Of a stretch of DNA of 64,000 bases, positions 47,401 through 59,525 are shown one piece after another. The position numbers and the translations under genes were made by a program. The notes under the pieces were generated by a model. It made no database searches. It worked only from the letters and a program-made list of their open reading frames with translations, and was not told where the DNA came from. Within the stretch, counting starts at the first letter, position 1, and every line of letters starts with the position of its first letter. The stretch spans positions 74,648,001 to 74,712,000 of the forward strand of contig NC_043000.1 in the NCBI RefSeq assembly GCF_006345805.1. Direction: 5' to 3'. Source of the stretch: Octopus sinensis (lineage: Eukaryota).

Positions 47401-47692
47401 TTTCAATTATAGAATTAGATTTATCAAGGTCTTCAGTGGAAAATCCTTCGAATTCTGATTTGCTGCTTGACAAATGAAATTCATATCCATTTTTTGTCAG
47501 AATTACAAATTTTCAAAACACAACAGGAACAAATTTGGAAAAAAATCTCCCAAAATTCACAGAATTAAAATTACACGTCGATCGTTGTACAAAACTGTAG
47601 CTGAACTGTTTATGAAGTATAATCATGTTTTCACGAATGTATTAACAAGATTTACTTGGATATTCTCATTTAAATATGAATAGGTGATTATA

Positions 47693-47822
47693 GGTGGCTT
47701 GGTCACATGAACCAAAATTTTTTTCGGGCGGCTTGGTCACATGAACCAAAATTTTTTTCGGGTGGCTTGGTCACATGAACCAAAACTTTTTGGGGCGGCT
47801 TGGTCACATGAACCAAAATGTT
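47693..47822. repeat. Four 33-34-bp subterminal tandem repeats of the piggyBac
   Basis: gg(t/c)ggcttggtcacatgaaccaaaa units at 47693, 47727, 47761 and 47794. Confidence 0.95.
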
Positions 47823-47858
47823 TTGGGCTCAGCTTTGGGCGGTTTGGTAATGAAAGGG

Positions 47859-48440
47859 TTAAATACCAGGATCTTGAAGCACCAGTCAAGCCATACACAC
47901 TTTTTATAAGTTTCCATACAAACTGGAGGTACATTGGTCTCTTGAGGAGGTTCTATGTAACCTAATATAATTGCTTGCTTTGCATAAAGGCTGTCTTAAT
48001 ATCCATTAATTTGATTATCCAACCTTGAAAAGCCAGAATTCCTAATGCTATACATAGACTCTCCTTTGAACATCTAGGAGAGTAACTTTTAGTATTACTA
48101 ACATCTCTATCCTGAAAACCTCTTGCCATAAGTCTAGCTTTACAGATTTGTTACTTAACATTTTGTTTGTATAAAACCATTTTCTGGATATCTTGGGTTG
48201 CCCTTAGTCACAGACCTGTGCATAAACCTGATTTTAAGTTCAACTTTGAAGTTCCCATTTTTTTTTGCCTTGTCCAAATCAATATTTGATGTGGATGAAA
48301 TCATTATATTTTCCTCATCTGGAGAATTGTGTCTCTTATTTGGTAAGCTCATTTGCTTGCCATTCAGATGTTCTATGTTCAAAATCCAGCCAAAAGGGTT
48401 CACCTTCCATAACAACATTCATGCTGGAAAGTTCTATATT
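47859..48440 (-). mobile_element. Ty1/copia (GalEa-like) RT N-terminal remnant
   Basis: CKARLMARGFQD, GWIIKLMDIKTAFMQ and VWKLIKSVYGLTGASRSWYL; the last joins across the TTAA to the 44112 side. Confidence 0.8.
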
Positions 48441-48449
48441 TAAGAGATA

Positions 48450-48520
48450 AGGAATATTGCGTAATGGTTAAGAGCGTGGGCTACTAACCCCAAGATTCTG
48501 AGTTCGATTCCAGGCAGTGA

Positions 48521-48571
<51 letters not shown>

Positions 48572-48720
48572 CATCAAAAAATACCCTAGGAATGAGAACC
48601 CAGGTTCGAAATTTCCCCAAGACACCTGATAATGGCTGGAGGGTATATCAGCCGAAACGGTGTGTTAACAACAAACAAGATGAAGACAAATATCCATCAA
48701 ATGTAAATAAAGTAAATAAT
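48450..48720 (+). mobile_element. tRNA-headed SINE-like element with (AAT)n spacer and hammerhead-bearing tail (family C)
   Basis: A box gcgtaatggttaag, anticodon-arm-like GGG-CTACTAA-CCC, B box GAGTTCGATTC, (AAT)n at about 48525-48568, hammerhead-like motif at 48621-48666. Confidence 0.7.
48621..48666 (+). ncRNA. Degenerate type I hammerhead motif
   Basis: GACAC-CUGAUAA-U-GGCUG(10 nt)CAGCC-GAAAC-GGU-GUGUU; two core deviations (G8A and U16.1G). Confidence 0.55.
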
Positions 48721-48724
48721 ATTC

Positions 48725-49700
48725 ATGCTGGAGTTGACACCTGCAATTCTAGTATCCAATTTGGTCTCCCATCACTCATGAATACAGCCCTGAGAGATTG
48801 AAAGTGCTCCACTTGCCTTAGTAATACTCCATTAACATGCAGAGTGCATTGGGAAGACTTTCTTGAGAGGGCCAATGTTTCAGTCATCACATGGCTTATT
48901 CTCATTTCTGCCTTGCAGCACTCAGCAGTGAACCCATTCAATGCATGCTGGAGATCACTTTCTGATGAGCTGAGTAACACCATGTCATCTGCAAATATCT
49001 GCTGATTGATCCTACATCTACTGATTGTGATATCACTCTTCCACACTGGTTGTGTTTGTCAGTCCAATTAATAAAAATTATAAAAAGAAGAGGTGACAAT
49101 ATGCATGTCTGCTAAAGTCCGTCACCCACATTGAAAGGTTTTGACTTAGCATAGAGGCTGATGTCATAGGTGAAATTAAAGTATTCAGGTGTGGCAAGGC
49201 CACTAGAGAAGATGAAATTCATCCTGAGATGTTAAAAACCTTAAATAGAGGAGATACTCTTTGGCTGACTTATGTATGCCAGGTGGCTTGGACATCTGGA
49301 AAGAGACCAAAGCAATAGCGATCCAAAGTGATAAACTGACAATTTTTTAAACAGGGAAACAAGAGAGAGTTCTCTAATAAAAGAGGAATCTCCTTGTTGA
49401 GCTTCCTTTGTAAGGTCTGCTCTAGGCTTTCTACAAAAGAGATGTAAGGAAACTTGAGCTCAAACTGGCTGAAGAATAGTGTAGCTTCTGTTCTGGATGC
49501 AGCACAACCAACCAGATATTTACTCTACAGCAGATTTTTGAGAAGTAGTGGGGATATTGCCAAGAGTTGTACATTTGCTTTGTAAACTTCAAAATGGCCA
49601 CAGTACATGCTGTGGAGGATTGATGGGGATGGGGATTGGAACAAATGGGAAGCTTCTGGTTGCCATGATATACGAATGCTCAGATGTTTGTGCTTGGCCA
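48725..49700. mobile_element. RTE-clade LINE fragment with internal inversion
   Basis: 48725-49148 (minus): SKPFNVGDGL..ILSPLL..FADDMVLL. 49150-49700 (plus): GKAT..DEIHPEMLK..RGISLLS..LLVAMIY. Confidence 0.75.
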
Positions 49701-49750
49701 AAACTGTTTTATGCTTCAAATCTAGTCTGCTTGTTTCCCATACATATGTA

Positions 49751-50898
49751 CACAGACATGACAGAAGTAAATAAATACCCTTATAATCATTAAAATTTAT
49801 TTAAATCTGAAATTATACATTCAAGTTATTTATTAATTGTTATAGTGTGAATATTTACTATTTAGTAGACATGCCCATTACATTTTTCAATGCAAGGACC
49901 CTATTAGGCATGCTGCTGATCAGATGACGAATATTCTCTTGCGGAATTTCTTGCCAAGTTTCATGCAGTATTCTCAAAAGATCTGGCTTTGAAGATGCTT
50001 TCTTGATCATTTTATGAAGTGTCCTGTCCATTATATCCCAGATGTTTTCAATAGGTTTCATATCTGGTGACTGACTTGGCCGTGGAAGCTTTTTAATGCC
50101 ATTCTCATCCAACAAATCTTGGGTTATTTTAACTATGTGACAAGGAGCCCCATCTTCCATAAATAAAGAGTCCTCTTTAATCATTTTACCACTGGAGAAG
50201 ATTGGAAGGAGTCCTTTCTGCAGTATGGACACATATTTGTTTCTCTCACACTCCACCAGCTCTGATCAACCATTGCTCCAAATTGCACATCACAGAATAG
50301 CTGCCAGGTTTCATTGTTGGCTGCAATCTTTTCTTGATCACAGAGTCTCCAGACCCACACTCAGCCAGCGTCAGGAAATACAGCAAATCTGAACTTGTCC
50401 CAAAATGCTAGTTGCCTCTCCACTATCACATTGGCCCAATCATTTCTCCGCTTGATGTTGGTTGGTTGAAGAAGTGGCTTCCTTCTTGCTACCCTGCCAT
50501 AGTAACCAAATTTGTGGAGATACCTGACAACTGTTTTGACATCAACTTGTTCTGCTATGTCAGTGGCCTTTTGCACGTCTCTTAACAAAGAGAAGGGTCC
50601 TGTCAGAGGGCCCTTATTGATCTGGGCAAGATGATGTGGTCTCCTAACCCCCTTTGGTAGAAAGCAAGATCCCAATGTTTTCTGCAATTTTACGTGATGT
50701 CCACCTTCAGAATGACCCACAATACAGCCTCTTCAAAATTCAGTTCCAAGGCTTCTTTTGTTCGTGGCATTGATTAAACAGTCACATATAGAACCTGAAA
50801 CAAAAATGTCAATTAATAAAAGATATGAACTTTTACATGTTAGAATAAACATAAAACGATGTTTTATGGGGTGTTTATTTACTTCTGTTGTGTTTGTG
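49751..50898 (-). mobile_element. Tc1/mariner transposon (1148 bp), transposase disrupted
   Basis: TA flanks; TIRs CACAGACATGACAGAAGTAAATAAATACCC / CACAAACACAACAGAAGTAAATAAACACCC; YYGRVARRKPLL (HTH2), FMEDGAPCH and SQSPDMKPIENIW (DD34E-type). Confidence 0.9.
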
Positions 50899-51399
50899 TA
50901 TATATGTCTGATCTAAAGGAGAATGCATATATTCCTGACAATTGATGCAGTATGATTTTAGTCTGGAATGTAAAATATTTTCTGTGGTTGAGGAAATATT
51001 CTAAATTAAAAGTAATTTTCTATTATTAAAATATATACAGCAAAAGCTCAGTGTAATTTCCTTATTAATCCTGAGCTTCAAAACAACAAATACATTGGTT
51101 GTTTTCCTTTTTTATTGATTCCTTCCAATCACAACCTAAAAACTATTGCTACCTTTTATTAATACTTATTAGCAATAGTGATGCATAATTTTATAATTTT
51201 ATTATATAAAAAACTTGCTTTATTTCACAAGCTCAGAATAAGATACTTTGAAATCTGAAATAAAAGGGTTTGATATTTTGTACATGTACTCTGGTACCAT
51301 TCATACACACTATAAATATATACTTTTGTTCTCATCAGCTTTCTTCTTCTGACATGTTTTAAATAAATCTGTTCATTTGCTTCTTACGCTGCTGTTGTA

Positions 51400-54300
51400 C
51401 TTCTTGCACCTTTGTTAATCTCACAATTCCAGGTTTGCATTAACTTATACATTACTTCTATAAGTTGATCATGAGAGGGAAAATTTGTGCGTGTTGGGCA
51501 TTTCAAAGAGCTACTATTTTGGGGAGTAAAGCCTGGGTGCAAATAAGAGGTATTACAACATGGATGACTAAAGAAGAGTGAGTTAGGAGTAGAGTTAGTA
51601 TGAGACAAGCCAGTTCAGAGGTTGTGGTAGAAAAAGCAAAGAAATAAGACAACATATCTAAGCCAGAGGTTGGAGTATGTTTCAAGCAACTTCATGTCAA
51701 TCAGTTGAGTAACCATTCTTTGGATGTAGTCTAGGCTATCAGTATAGCAGCAACATTATTCCAGCTGTAGGAACAGTATCCTATTATGTGTCTCACTTGA
51801 GCTTCCTATGATGCAGTCTTGGTTGCTAGAAGCATTTGAAGCAGTTAGATATTGCTTGTTTGTCATGTGGAAATGAGGTATGATAGTGTTTATTTGAAAT
51901 GCGCAACAATTGTGTCTTTTTACTATTAGTGGAGACAAGATTGGCATAGCCCTATTGGAGGATGTTTTCAAGTTTTATTGCAAACTTGGCATAGGATACT
52001 TAGGTTGCTTGTGGATGATGAAAAAGATAAGGAAGGATGAAAAGTAGTATCATTTACATACATGTGGGGACTTTTGGAGATAAAATGCAAATATGTCAAA
52101 TGTATGCAGGAGAGATTGTCTCAGAGATAAAGCCAAAAACACTGTAATTGTTAGATGGTGGGGGGAGTTCCATGAGCACACACTACGCTAGTGTGATCTG
52201 ACAGAAAAAACACCCATCCAAAAGATAAGAAACAGAAGGGTTTTATAGGCAACTAAATTAGCATGCCATCTGTAGTTAGAATCTTTCCTGGTATCAAAGG
52301 CAACAACATTGCTTTTACCAACTTTTTTCAACAAGAGAGTCTAGTGGTGAGTAACATGAAAATGTAGGTCTACAATAGATATGGCTTTATATGAGCCATA
52401 CTGGTGGTCATTAATGAGGAAGAAAGATTTTGGTGTTGGAGAATGTAGTTAATGATTGTCTTTGATATTATGGCGGTTGTCGGTTTATTCTACCTTAAGC
52501 TTTCTCTTAAGTTATATTATTTATTTAGGCTTTCCTCTGAGTAAGGGAAAATATAATGATTCAACGTCACTTATACTCAAGTGTTATCATCATATCTTTA
52601 ACCCTAACTGCAGTTATAACGTCATATAGACATATACGCATGGAACGTTACATCAACGACCATGTATGTTGAATATTTTAATCGTGTCCTTTAAACCACT
52701 ATAAGAAACATAAATCAAAGATTACAGAAATGCATATTTATCTATGCTCAGTTGAAAAACAAACGTGAAGAGAAACATATTCTTTTTAATTATTTTTATA
52801 TTATATAAATATAACAATTCATATTTTTTACAGTAAGAAAGATAACTTTCGTTGTGAAGAAAAACAACTTTAAATTCCTTAGCTAATTTCTTCTTTCTAT
52901 CTAATACGTTAACCAACAAATCAAAATAGATTTGTGATTAACGTAGACATGGCATAAAAATTTACCGATGTCTCCAAAAGAGTGAGTGACGTGGAGTTGA
53001 ATGACTACCAAACGAGCACTGAAATATCTTCCAAAATCCAGGGTTTTTATAACTGCTCAACAAGAATCGAAATTCATGACAGATATTCTTTACAAAACTT
53101 CTAGAATCTTTATATGAGCAGTTATATTAACCAATAGAAAAAAAACGAAAATGACAATTCTTCGGCAAAGACATTACGTCATATTGCCAATTCGCGCCAC
53201 ATTTCAAAATGGCTAAAATGGTTATTGCTACAATATATTGGATGTGTGATAGGATGGCAGTTTGCAGGGTCAATGGGAATGAGACATTCTGTAGTGTATT
53301 TCCAAAGATCAGAATATATCTCTGTAGAAAGAAAGAGAAATGAAATAATTTGGTGAGGATAGGGGATAGCTGTATTACTTGAAAGTGGGAAGGAACATTG
53401 TCAGGGTTAGTAACTTTGATGGTTTGAAGCAACTGGATGTACTTTCATACTTAGTTTGTATGTATGGTAATAACCTAGTAGAGTTGAAAGGAATAGTTTT
53501 AGAGAAGATTTACTGAGATAATTTTAGACTTAGAGGTGAGAAAGAGATCAAGGGTGTTTAGAGTATCTGTGTGTTAGTCAGGGAAGCATGTAGGAAGATG
53601 AAACTAGTTTGTGGAAAGTTGAGCTTTGCAAAAGATTCAATTTCTGCACTAGTGGCATCAGTATGGGATGAATATAAGATCCAAGAAGCAATATAAGTGT
53701 TGAAGTCATTCATGTTGCTACTGTCATTGCTGTCATCATTACAATCATTATCACTGGTTGTATATTCAAACTGGCAATTCATTTCAAATTTTCATTTTCA
53801 TGAATTTTTGAATAATATTTTGATTTATATTTTGAAACGAACTGTCAATTTGCAAATTACATGTGTATGTAAAAATAGTGGATTCTCCCATTGGTTTTAA
53901 CATATGAAGGTCTAATTGCTGATATTATTACCATATTAAATATATATAGGTTATTTTTTTTAATGATAAGACGCATGCATCTTATCAGTTGCAAGAGCTA
54001 CCTGGCTGATCAAAATGCAATTTTTAATTGTTAATGAAAGTGAGATTAATGACAAAAAAATTGTTAATGTACTTATTGGTTCAGTTACACATTGTTAATA
54101 GAATGTTTGTCACTCAAATCAGTTCTGTCATAGTCATTGCTCAGATCATCGATGATTTGCTAAGAAGTACGGTGGTTCCAAGAGCAAATTTCCCCTATTA
54201 TTATTTGATGCTGCTTGGTATATGGTAGCTGTTAAAGAAACATTGCAAGTTATGTACCCTAAGCTCTTCTATGTAACCTGCTTCTTGCACCTGTTGCACA

Positions 54301-55050
54301 GCTGTGTTCTTTAAAAGTTGTATGTAGAAGGCAAGAAGTGCAAACCAGTGGGAACTTGATGGACATATCTTGCAGGAAATGAAGAAAATGGCAGAGAAAT
54401 GGAAATCTACAAGGAGTAACATGGAAGATCATCCAAAAAATAACAGTGAGAATTATAGATTGAGGAAGCTGATGTAAAAGAGAGCTGGCACTTTATAGGT
54501 TAGAAGTAATGGCTCTTAAGAACAAGGACAGGCCTACAGTGACAGACAAAGGGAGATGGAAGAGGTATGCAAAACCTTCTACCCTAACCCTTTTAATTCA
54601 TTAGGGAAGTTCAATCCTCCATCATCACAGGTGTTGGAAGTGAACTTGAAAATACCCTCAAGCTGATGAAAACAAACATAACTCAAGGAAAGACAGTGTA
54701 ATAATAGAGCTGTTAATGAGCAGAGGTGAAGAGTTGTTAGTAAATCCTTGTTCTACACATCAACCACTATCTGAAGGAGGGTAAAATAGTATTGCTATGG
54801 AAAGGGTTGAATACTTGCTTCATAAGAAGGGTGATAAAGATTTAAGAAGCTATCATTCCTGTTAGCAATAAAAAGGAGAGAGGAAAGGAGCAATGGATGG
54901 CTAGAGAGTCAAGAATGAAAGAAAAACTATCATGCCTCTCACAAAGATCATAGTACCCAGACTACTGAAATATCTCAATAACCAGCAGCCAAGGGAGCAA
55001 GCGGGTTTCTGCAAGAACAACAGTGAATCATGTACTCATTCTAATATAAC
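51400..55050 (-). mobile_element. Scattered, highly degraded LINE (Jockey/I-like) fragments interleaved with other repeats
   Basis: Weak translated motifs such as FPLTLQTAILSHI and NKQYLT...NQDCII...HNRILFLQ; boundaries uncertain. Confidence 0.35.
53987..54316 (+). repeat. 330-bp direct duplicate of hAT-like transposase fragment (copy 1)
   Basis: Matches 57408-57737 with 3 substitutions counted; encodes LLLFDAAWYMVAVKETLQVMYPKLFYVTCFLHLLHSC. Confidence 0.9.
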
Positions 55051-55396
55051 TTTTGTGTAAGTGTTTTTTTCTTAATGAAATTTTGTAGAGATAGGTTTTT
55101 GATGGGGTAGATTTCTATTGTATTAATAAAATTTAGAAGAATAACAGCATATCATCATCATCATTTAACATCTGCCTTCCATGCTAGCATGAGTGGGACA
55201 TTTATTGCAAATATACACGAGACATTTGTTTTATCTAATTTTCTTTTTAGTATTCAGTTCATTATTTTGTATAAGCTCCAAGAAATTTGATAATAGTTAA
55301 ATAATAATTGCAAAATATGCCATACTTTCTGATATTGCCCATGGTGGAAAAAGTATACTTTCAAAGTTATCAAACAGGATGGCTATTACTCTAGTA

Positions 55397-56525
55397 TCTC
55401 TCTATATAAACGGCAGTCTGTGTGTCTGTCAGGTTTGTACCCTCACCCTGACTACAGCTTTCAACCGATTCTGATGAAACTTGACACACACATAGCCCAA
55501 TGTCATAATTCAAAACTAACGCAGCGAAAATTTTGAAAAGTTCCCCCAGTTCTGAAAAAAATCGATAAATTTGACATGGGGTCGAGAATCTAAGCTTTTT
55601 ATATGCAACACATTTTCTGTTGTAGTTTTTGCAACTTGCAATCGATTTTCACCAAACTCTTGGTGAAGCTTAATGTTACCCTAAGAAACTTAATTCTGAT
55701 GTTAGTTTTCCATGCAATACCTTACCATCAGAAAAAATCGATAAAATCGTGCCATTTTTGGAAATCGCGTTCAAATTCAAGATGACATATTTTCGACAAT
55801 ATCTTTCACAAATTGGCAGGAATTTTTTTTTAAATTCACAGCGAGCATCATGTCTGCTCCAAGGAGCTATATGGCCCTTTTTATTCCAATAGGATACTTT
55901 ATTACTGGAAAAAATCGGTTAATTAAATCATATGTGGCACACATAGCAAACCGATTTGTGTATTAAATACAAACCACAGACTGTCTAGGGGACGCATCTC
56001 AACCTTTTTAACTCTCGGAACACGTGGGGTAAGTATCCCAAAATGTACAAAAACGGCAAAAAAGCGGGCAGCAATGTGAGTGACAACAACGAATAAGTCA
56101 AAAGTGACCAAACTGAACAAACGAATGGAAAAGGTTTTTTGGTGCACACGACAAAAGCGGTTTATAATAAACCAAGAGTTTGCAAGTAGCGTCTGAGGAC
56201 CCTTAGGGTACGTCAAAAATTTAAGGTAAAACGTTTGGGGTGGTAGTTATAAAGAAAGTTTAAGCAAAAAAAGTATTCGAATAATTTGCGGCTGCAGCAG
56301 CTATTAGCAGAAGTTGGGGATAAAGTCTCAAATGTAATTTCTTCCTTGTAGGAATTGGTTGGGTTGAATTATCAATAGCTGTTTGAAAGTTATTTGGGAG
56401 TGAAGAGAAGACATTGCAACCTACACATGCGCCTTCGTTCCCTAGAGGGAAAGGACTAGATTGGGATTAGTCGTTGCCTACTAGGGGCTCTTACATACCC
56501 GGGCAACGCCGGGCTATGCTGCTAG
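55397..56525 (+). mobile_element. Complete non-autonomous Helitron (~1.13 kb)
   Basis: Starts A|TCTCTCTATATAAAC plus a (TGTC)-like tract; ends with hairpin CCCGGGCAACGCCGGG, then CTAG|T. Confidence 0.8.
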
Positions 56526-56998
56526 TAGTATATGAAACAATTTATGAATAATAATTTGTTCTTTATACTTAATCTAACTGATTACAACAAACTCATCTCA
56601 GTTTTTTGCCAAAAAGTTACAATTCATAAAAATGTTTGTTTTAAGGTTAAATTAAAGATAAAAAACATTTTTATGAATGATCATCATAATTCACCACATT
56701 CTTGCTATTCTTTTCACTATACATAAATGTACAGTATGCTACCAGTTTCTCAATAATATTTTGATATATATTTATTATGTACCATTTAAATTTGATGTTA
56801 CCTATATTGTAAATTTTTATGTAAAGTTAACTGCATTGAGTCATTTTCTCCCACTGTTGCATTGCTGGATCTTTTTTTAGTTGATTGTGGAGATCTCTTG
56901 TCATTGCCTTATTGAGCTCATTGATTAGTTTGTGAAGTCTCTTTGATTCTATCAGTAAGCCACTTCCATCTCAATCTACATATGTTGAAAATGTGCTG

Positions 56999-57380
56999 AT
57001 AGGTGCTTGAATGGCTGTGTGGTAAGAAGCTTGCTTACCAACTACATGGTTCCATGTTCAGTCCCACTGTGTGGCACCTTGGGCAAGTGTCTTCTACTAT
57101 AGCCTCAGGCCGACCAAAGGCTTGTGAGTGGATTTGATAGAGGGAAACTGAAAGAAGCCTATAATATATGTATATATTTGTGTGTGTGTGTCTGTTTGTC
57201 CCCCCAACCATCGCTTGACAACCAATGTTGGTGTGTTTATGTCCCTGTAACTTAGCAAAACAGACCGATAGAATAAGTACTAGGCTTACAAAGAATAAGT
57301 CATGGGGTCAATTTGTTCGACTAAAGGTTTCGCTCCAGCATGGCCGCAGTCAAATGACTGAAATAAGTGAAGAGTAAGAA
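56999..57380 (+). mobile_element. tRNA-derived SINE (family B)
   Basis: A-box-like tggctgtgtggtaag, ggcaccttgggcaagtgtcttc core, internal (TG)n, and 3' tail ccagcatggccgcagtcaaatgactgaaa. Confidence 0.85.
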
Positions 57381-57407
57381 TATATGCTTAGTACAAACAC
57401 AATTAAA

Positions 57408-57900
57408 AGTTGCAAGAGCTACCTGGCTGATCAAAATGCAATTTTTAATTGTTAATGAAAGTGAGATTAATGAGAAAAAAATTGTTAATGTACTTATTGG
57501 TTCAGTTACACATTGTTAATAGAATGTTTGTCACTCAAATCAGTTCTGTCATAGTCATTGCTCAGATCATCGATGATTTGCTAAGAAGTACGGTGGTTCC
57601 AAGAGCAAATTTCCCCTATTATTATTTGATGCTGCTTGGTATATGGTAGCTGTTAAAGAAACATTGCAAGTTATGTACCCTAAGCTCTTCCATGTAACCT
57701 GCTTCTTGCACCTATTGCACAGCTGTGTTCTTTAAAATAAATACTTTTTATCCTCCAGTTGATTATCTGATTGCTACCACCAATGCTGCTACTGTAAAAA
57801 CCACCATTGAGCGCAATTCAAAGCAATCAGATACTCCCCCTCAGTCAATTGTGACCAGGTGGGCAGCTGGTTGGATGCCTGAAATTACTATGCCAAGAAC
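57408..57900 (+). pseudogene. hAT-like transposase remnant (copy 2, longer)
   Basis: DAAWYM...YPKLFHVTC.LHLLH motif, continuing to PPQSIVTRW (hAT WxTRW-like). Frameshifted. Confidence 0.65.
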
Positions 57901-58317
57901 CTTGAGGACAAAGTTTGGTGCAAAGAGCAAATGAAGCTGTGCTAAATCCTGAGATCAGAACTAACCTTACTCAAATCTGTTCTAAATATCTTCAGAGTTG
58001 ATTTTGAATCAATATTTTGTTTCTTCTGTCTTTTGAGTGTTATTTGTAAAATTGCTTCAGATTTTCCTATATTAAAATTATTATTTTATGAACCTCTTCA
58101 AAATTCATTATTTAATCAATTTATGTATTGTCTCATTGCAGATTTCGAAAAGTTGCTTAGACAGTGATAACTTCATGCATGTCTTAAGATCATTTGACTA
58201 ATGTATCACTGAGATTTGTTACAAATATTTTATTCCTCCTGATAGTAAGCTACAAAAATTCACAATGAAAATTACAGATGGAAAAGTTTGAAATTTGCAA
58301 TAATTTTTATTTTTCAG

Positions 58318-58483
58318 ACGAGAACATTGGCCATTTTTCTCAATGTACACCTGCTGGCAAAATCTACTCAACATTACAAAAAAACAGGGCCATGACCATA
58401 ACACACTCAGTGAAATTTGTAATAACCAAATGGTATCCCGTCTCCAAGATATTGTTGAAAATTCCCAACGTATCTTCAAAAAA
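58318..58483 (+). CDS. srGAP: srGAP internal exon, F-BAR (likely exon 3)
   Basis: Acceptor ttttcAG and donor GTGAGT; 166 nt. The first base completes the AA|A Lys codon left by the 29870-30053 exon. Translation REHWPFFSMYTCWQNLLNITKKQGHDHNTLSEICNNQMVSRLQDIVENSQRIFKK matches the srGAP CW..LL..T...S.DH..LS..Y...EDS.RLFKK motif. Confidence 0.9.
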
Positions 58484-58769
58484 GTGAGTCTCCTTAATAT
58501 ATTTCTGTTTTGCAAATACTTGTTAAAAACAATATTTTGAAGAATATTCAACGTGAATAAAGCATCTCAGAAAAACTTATTTCAGCCACATAGAATTTCA
58601 AATATTAGTTTTCATCTTTAGGTTATACCAACATGAAACTAAAACTTACTCAATATTGTTGAGTGCATTGGAAACTGAATTGTAAGAAATTGAACATTAT
58701 AAAAATATGATGTGTGGTGACAATAACTATGCTAGCTAAAAATGAAATAGTATTAAGTGTATTGAAGAT

Positions 58770-59475
58770 AAAGCTGGGCCAAAGAGATGTAGAAACTAGT
58801 AATAGATAAGTGGTTGGTGAGAGCTGTACAAGCCATGTGCAGGGATGCTGTCAGTAAGGTGAAAGCCGGCAATGAGTATAACAATGAATTCAGTGTACAG
58901 GTAGGAATGCACCAAGGATCAGTTCTCAGCCCTCTCTTGTTCATCATAGTCCTCCAGGCCATAACAGAAGAATTTAAGATCGGCTGCCCCTGGGAGCTCC
59001 TCTATGATGATGACCTTGTTCTTATAGCTGAATCATTACCAGAACTATAGAAGAAACTTCAGGTGTGGAAACAAGGTCTTCAGTCAAAAGGGCCTTAGAG
59101 TTAATTTAGAAAAGGCTACAGTCTAAGTAGGAAAACAGACAAGAAGTGCAGCAATATAAGAAGGTTTACAGAGAAAGTAGTCTTTGTGTGTGGAAGATGT
59201 GCAGGTACAATAAGCACTAGGAATGTACAGAAAATAGACTTCCTCAAATGCTTGCTGGGATACTTAGAAGTAGTAGATAGCTTCCATTACCTAAGTGACC
59301 AAATCGGCAGTGGAGGAGGATGCTCTGAGAGCATAATTGCTAGAAGAATAATGGGCTGCATAAAGTTCAGAGAGCTTCTGCTTTTGTTAGTTAAAAAGGA
59401 CCTCTCTCTCAGACTGAAAAGGTGATTATATGATGCCTGTGTGAGAACAGCCATGCTACATGGCAGTGAAACGGG
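58770..59475 (+). mobile_element. RTE LINE RT fragment, degraded
   Basis: HQGSVLSPLLFIIVLQAITEEF...LYDDDL and LEVVDSFHYL; same family as 12503-13837. Confidence 0.9.
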
Positions 59476-59489
59476 TAGTGGTGGTGGTG

Positions 59490-59525
<36 letters not shown>

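Larger units (their letters stand above)
44113..47858 (-). mobile_element. piggyBac DNA transposon (3746 bp incl. nested LTR)
   Basis: TTAA duplication at 44109-44112 and 47859-47862, terminal CCCTTT(T/C)ATTAC inverted repeats, and transposase remnants inside. Confidence 0.85.
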
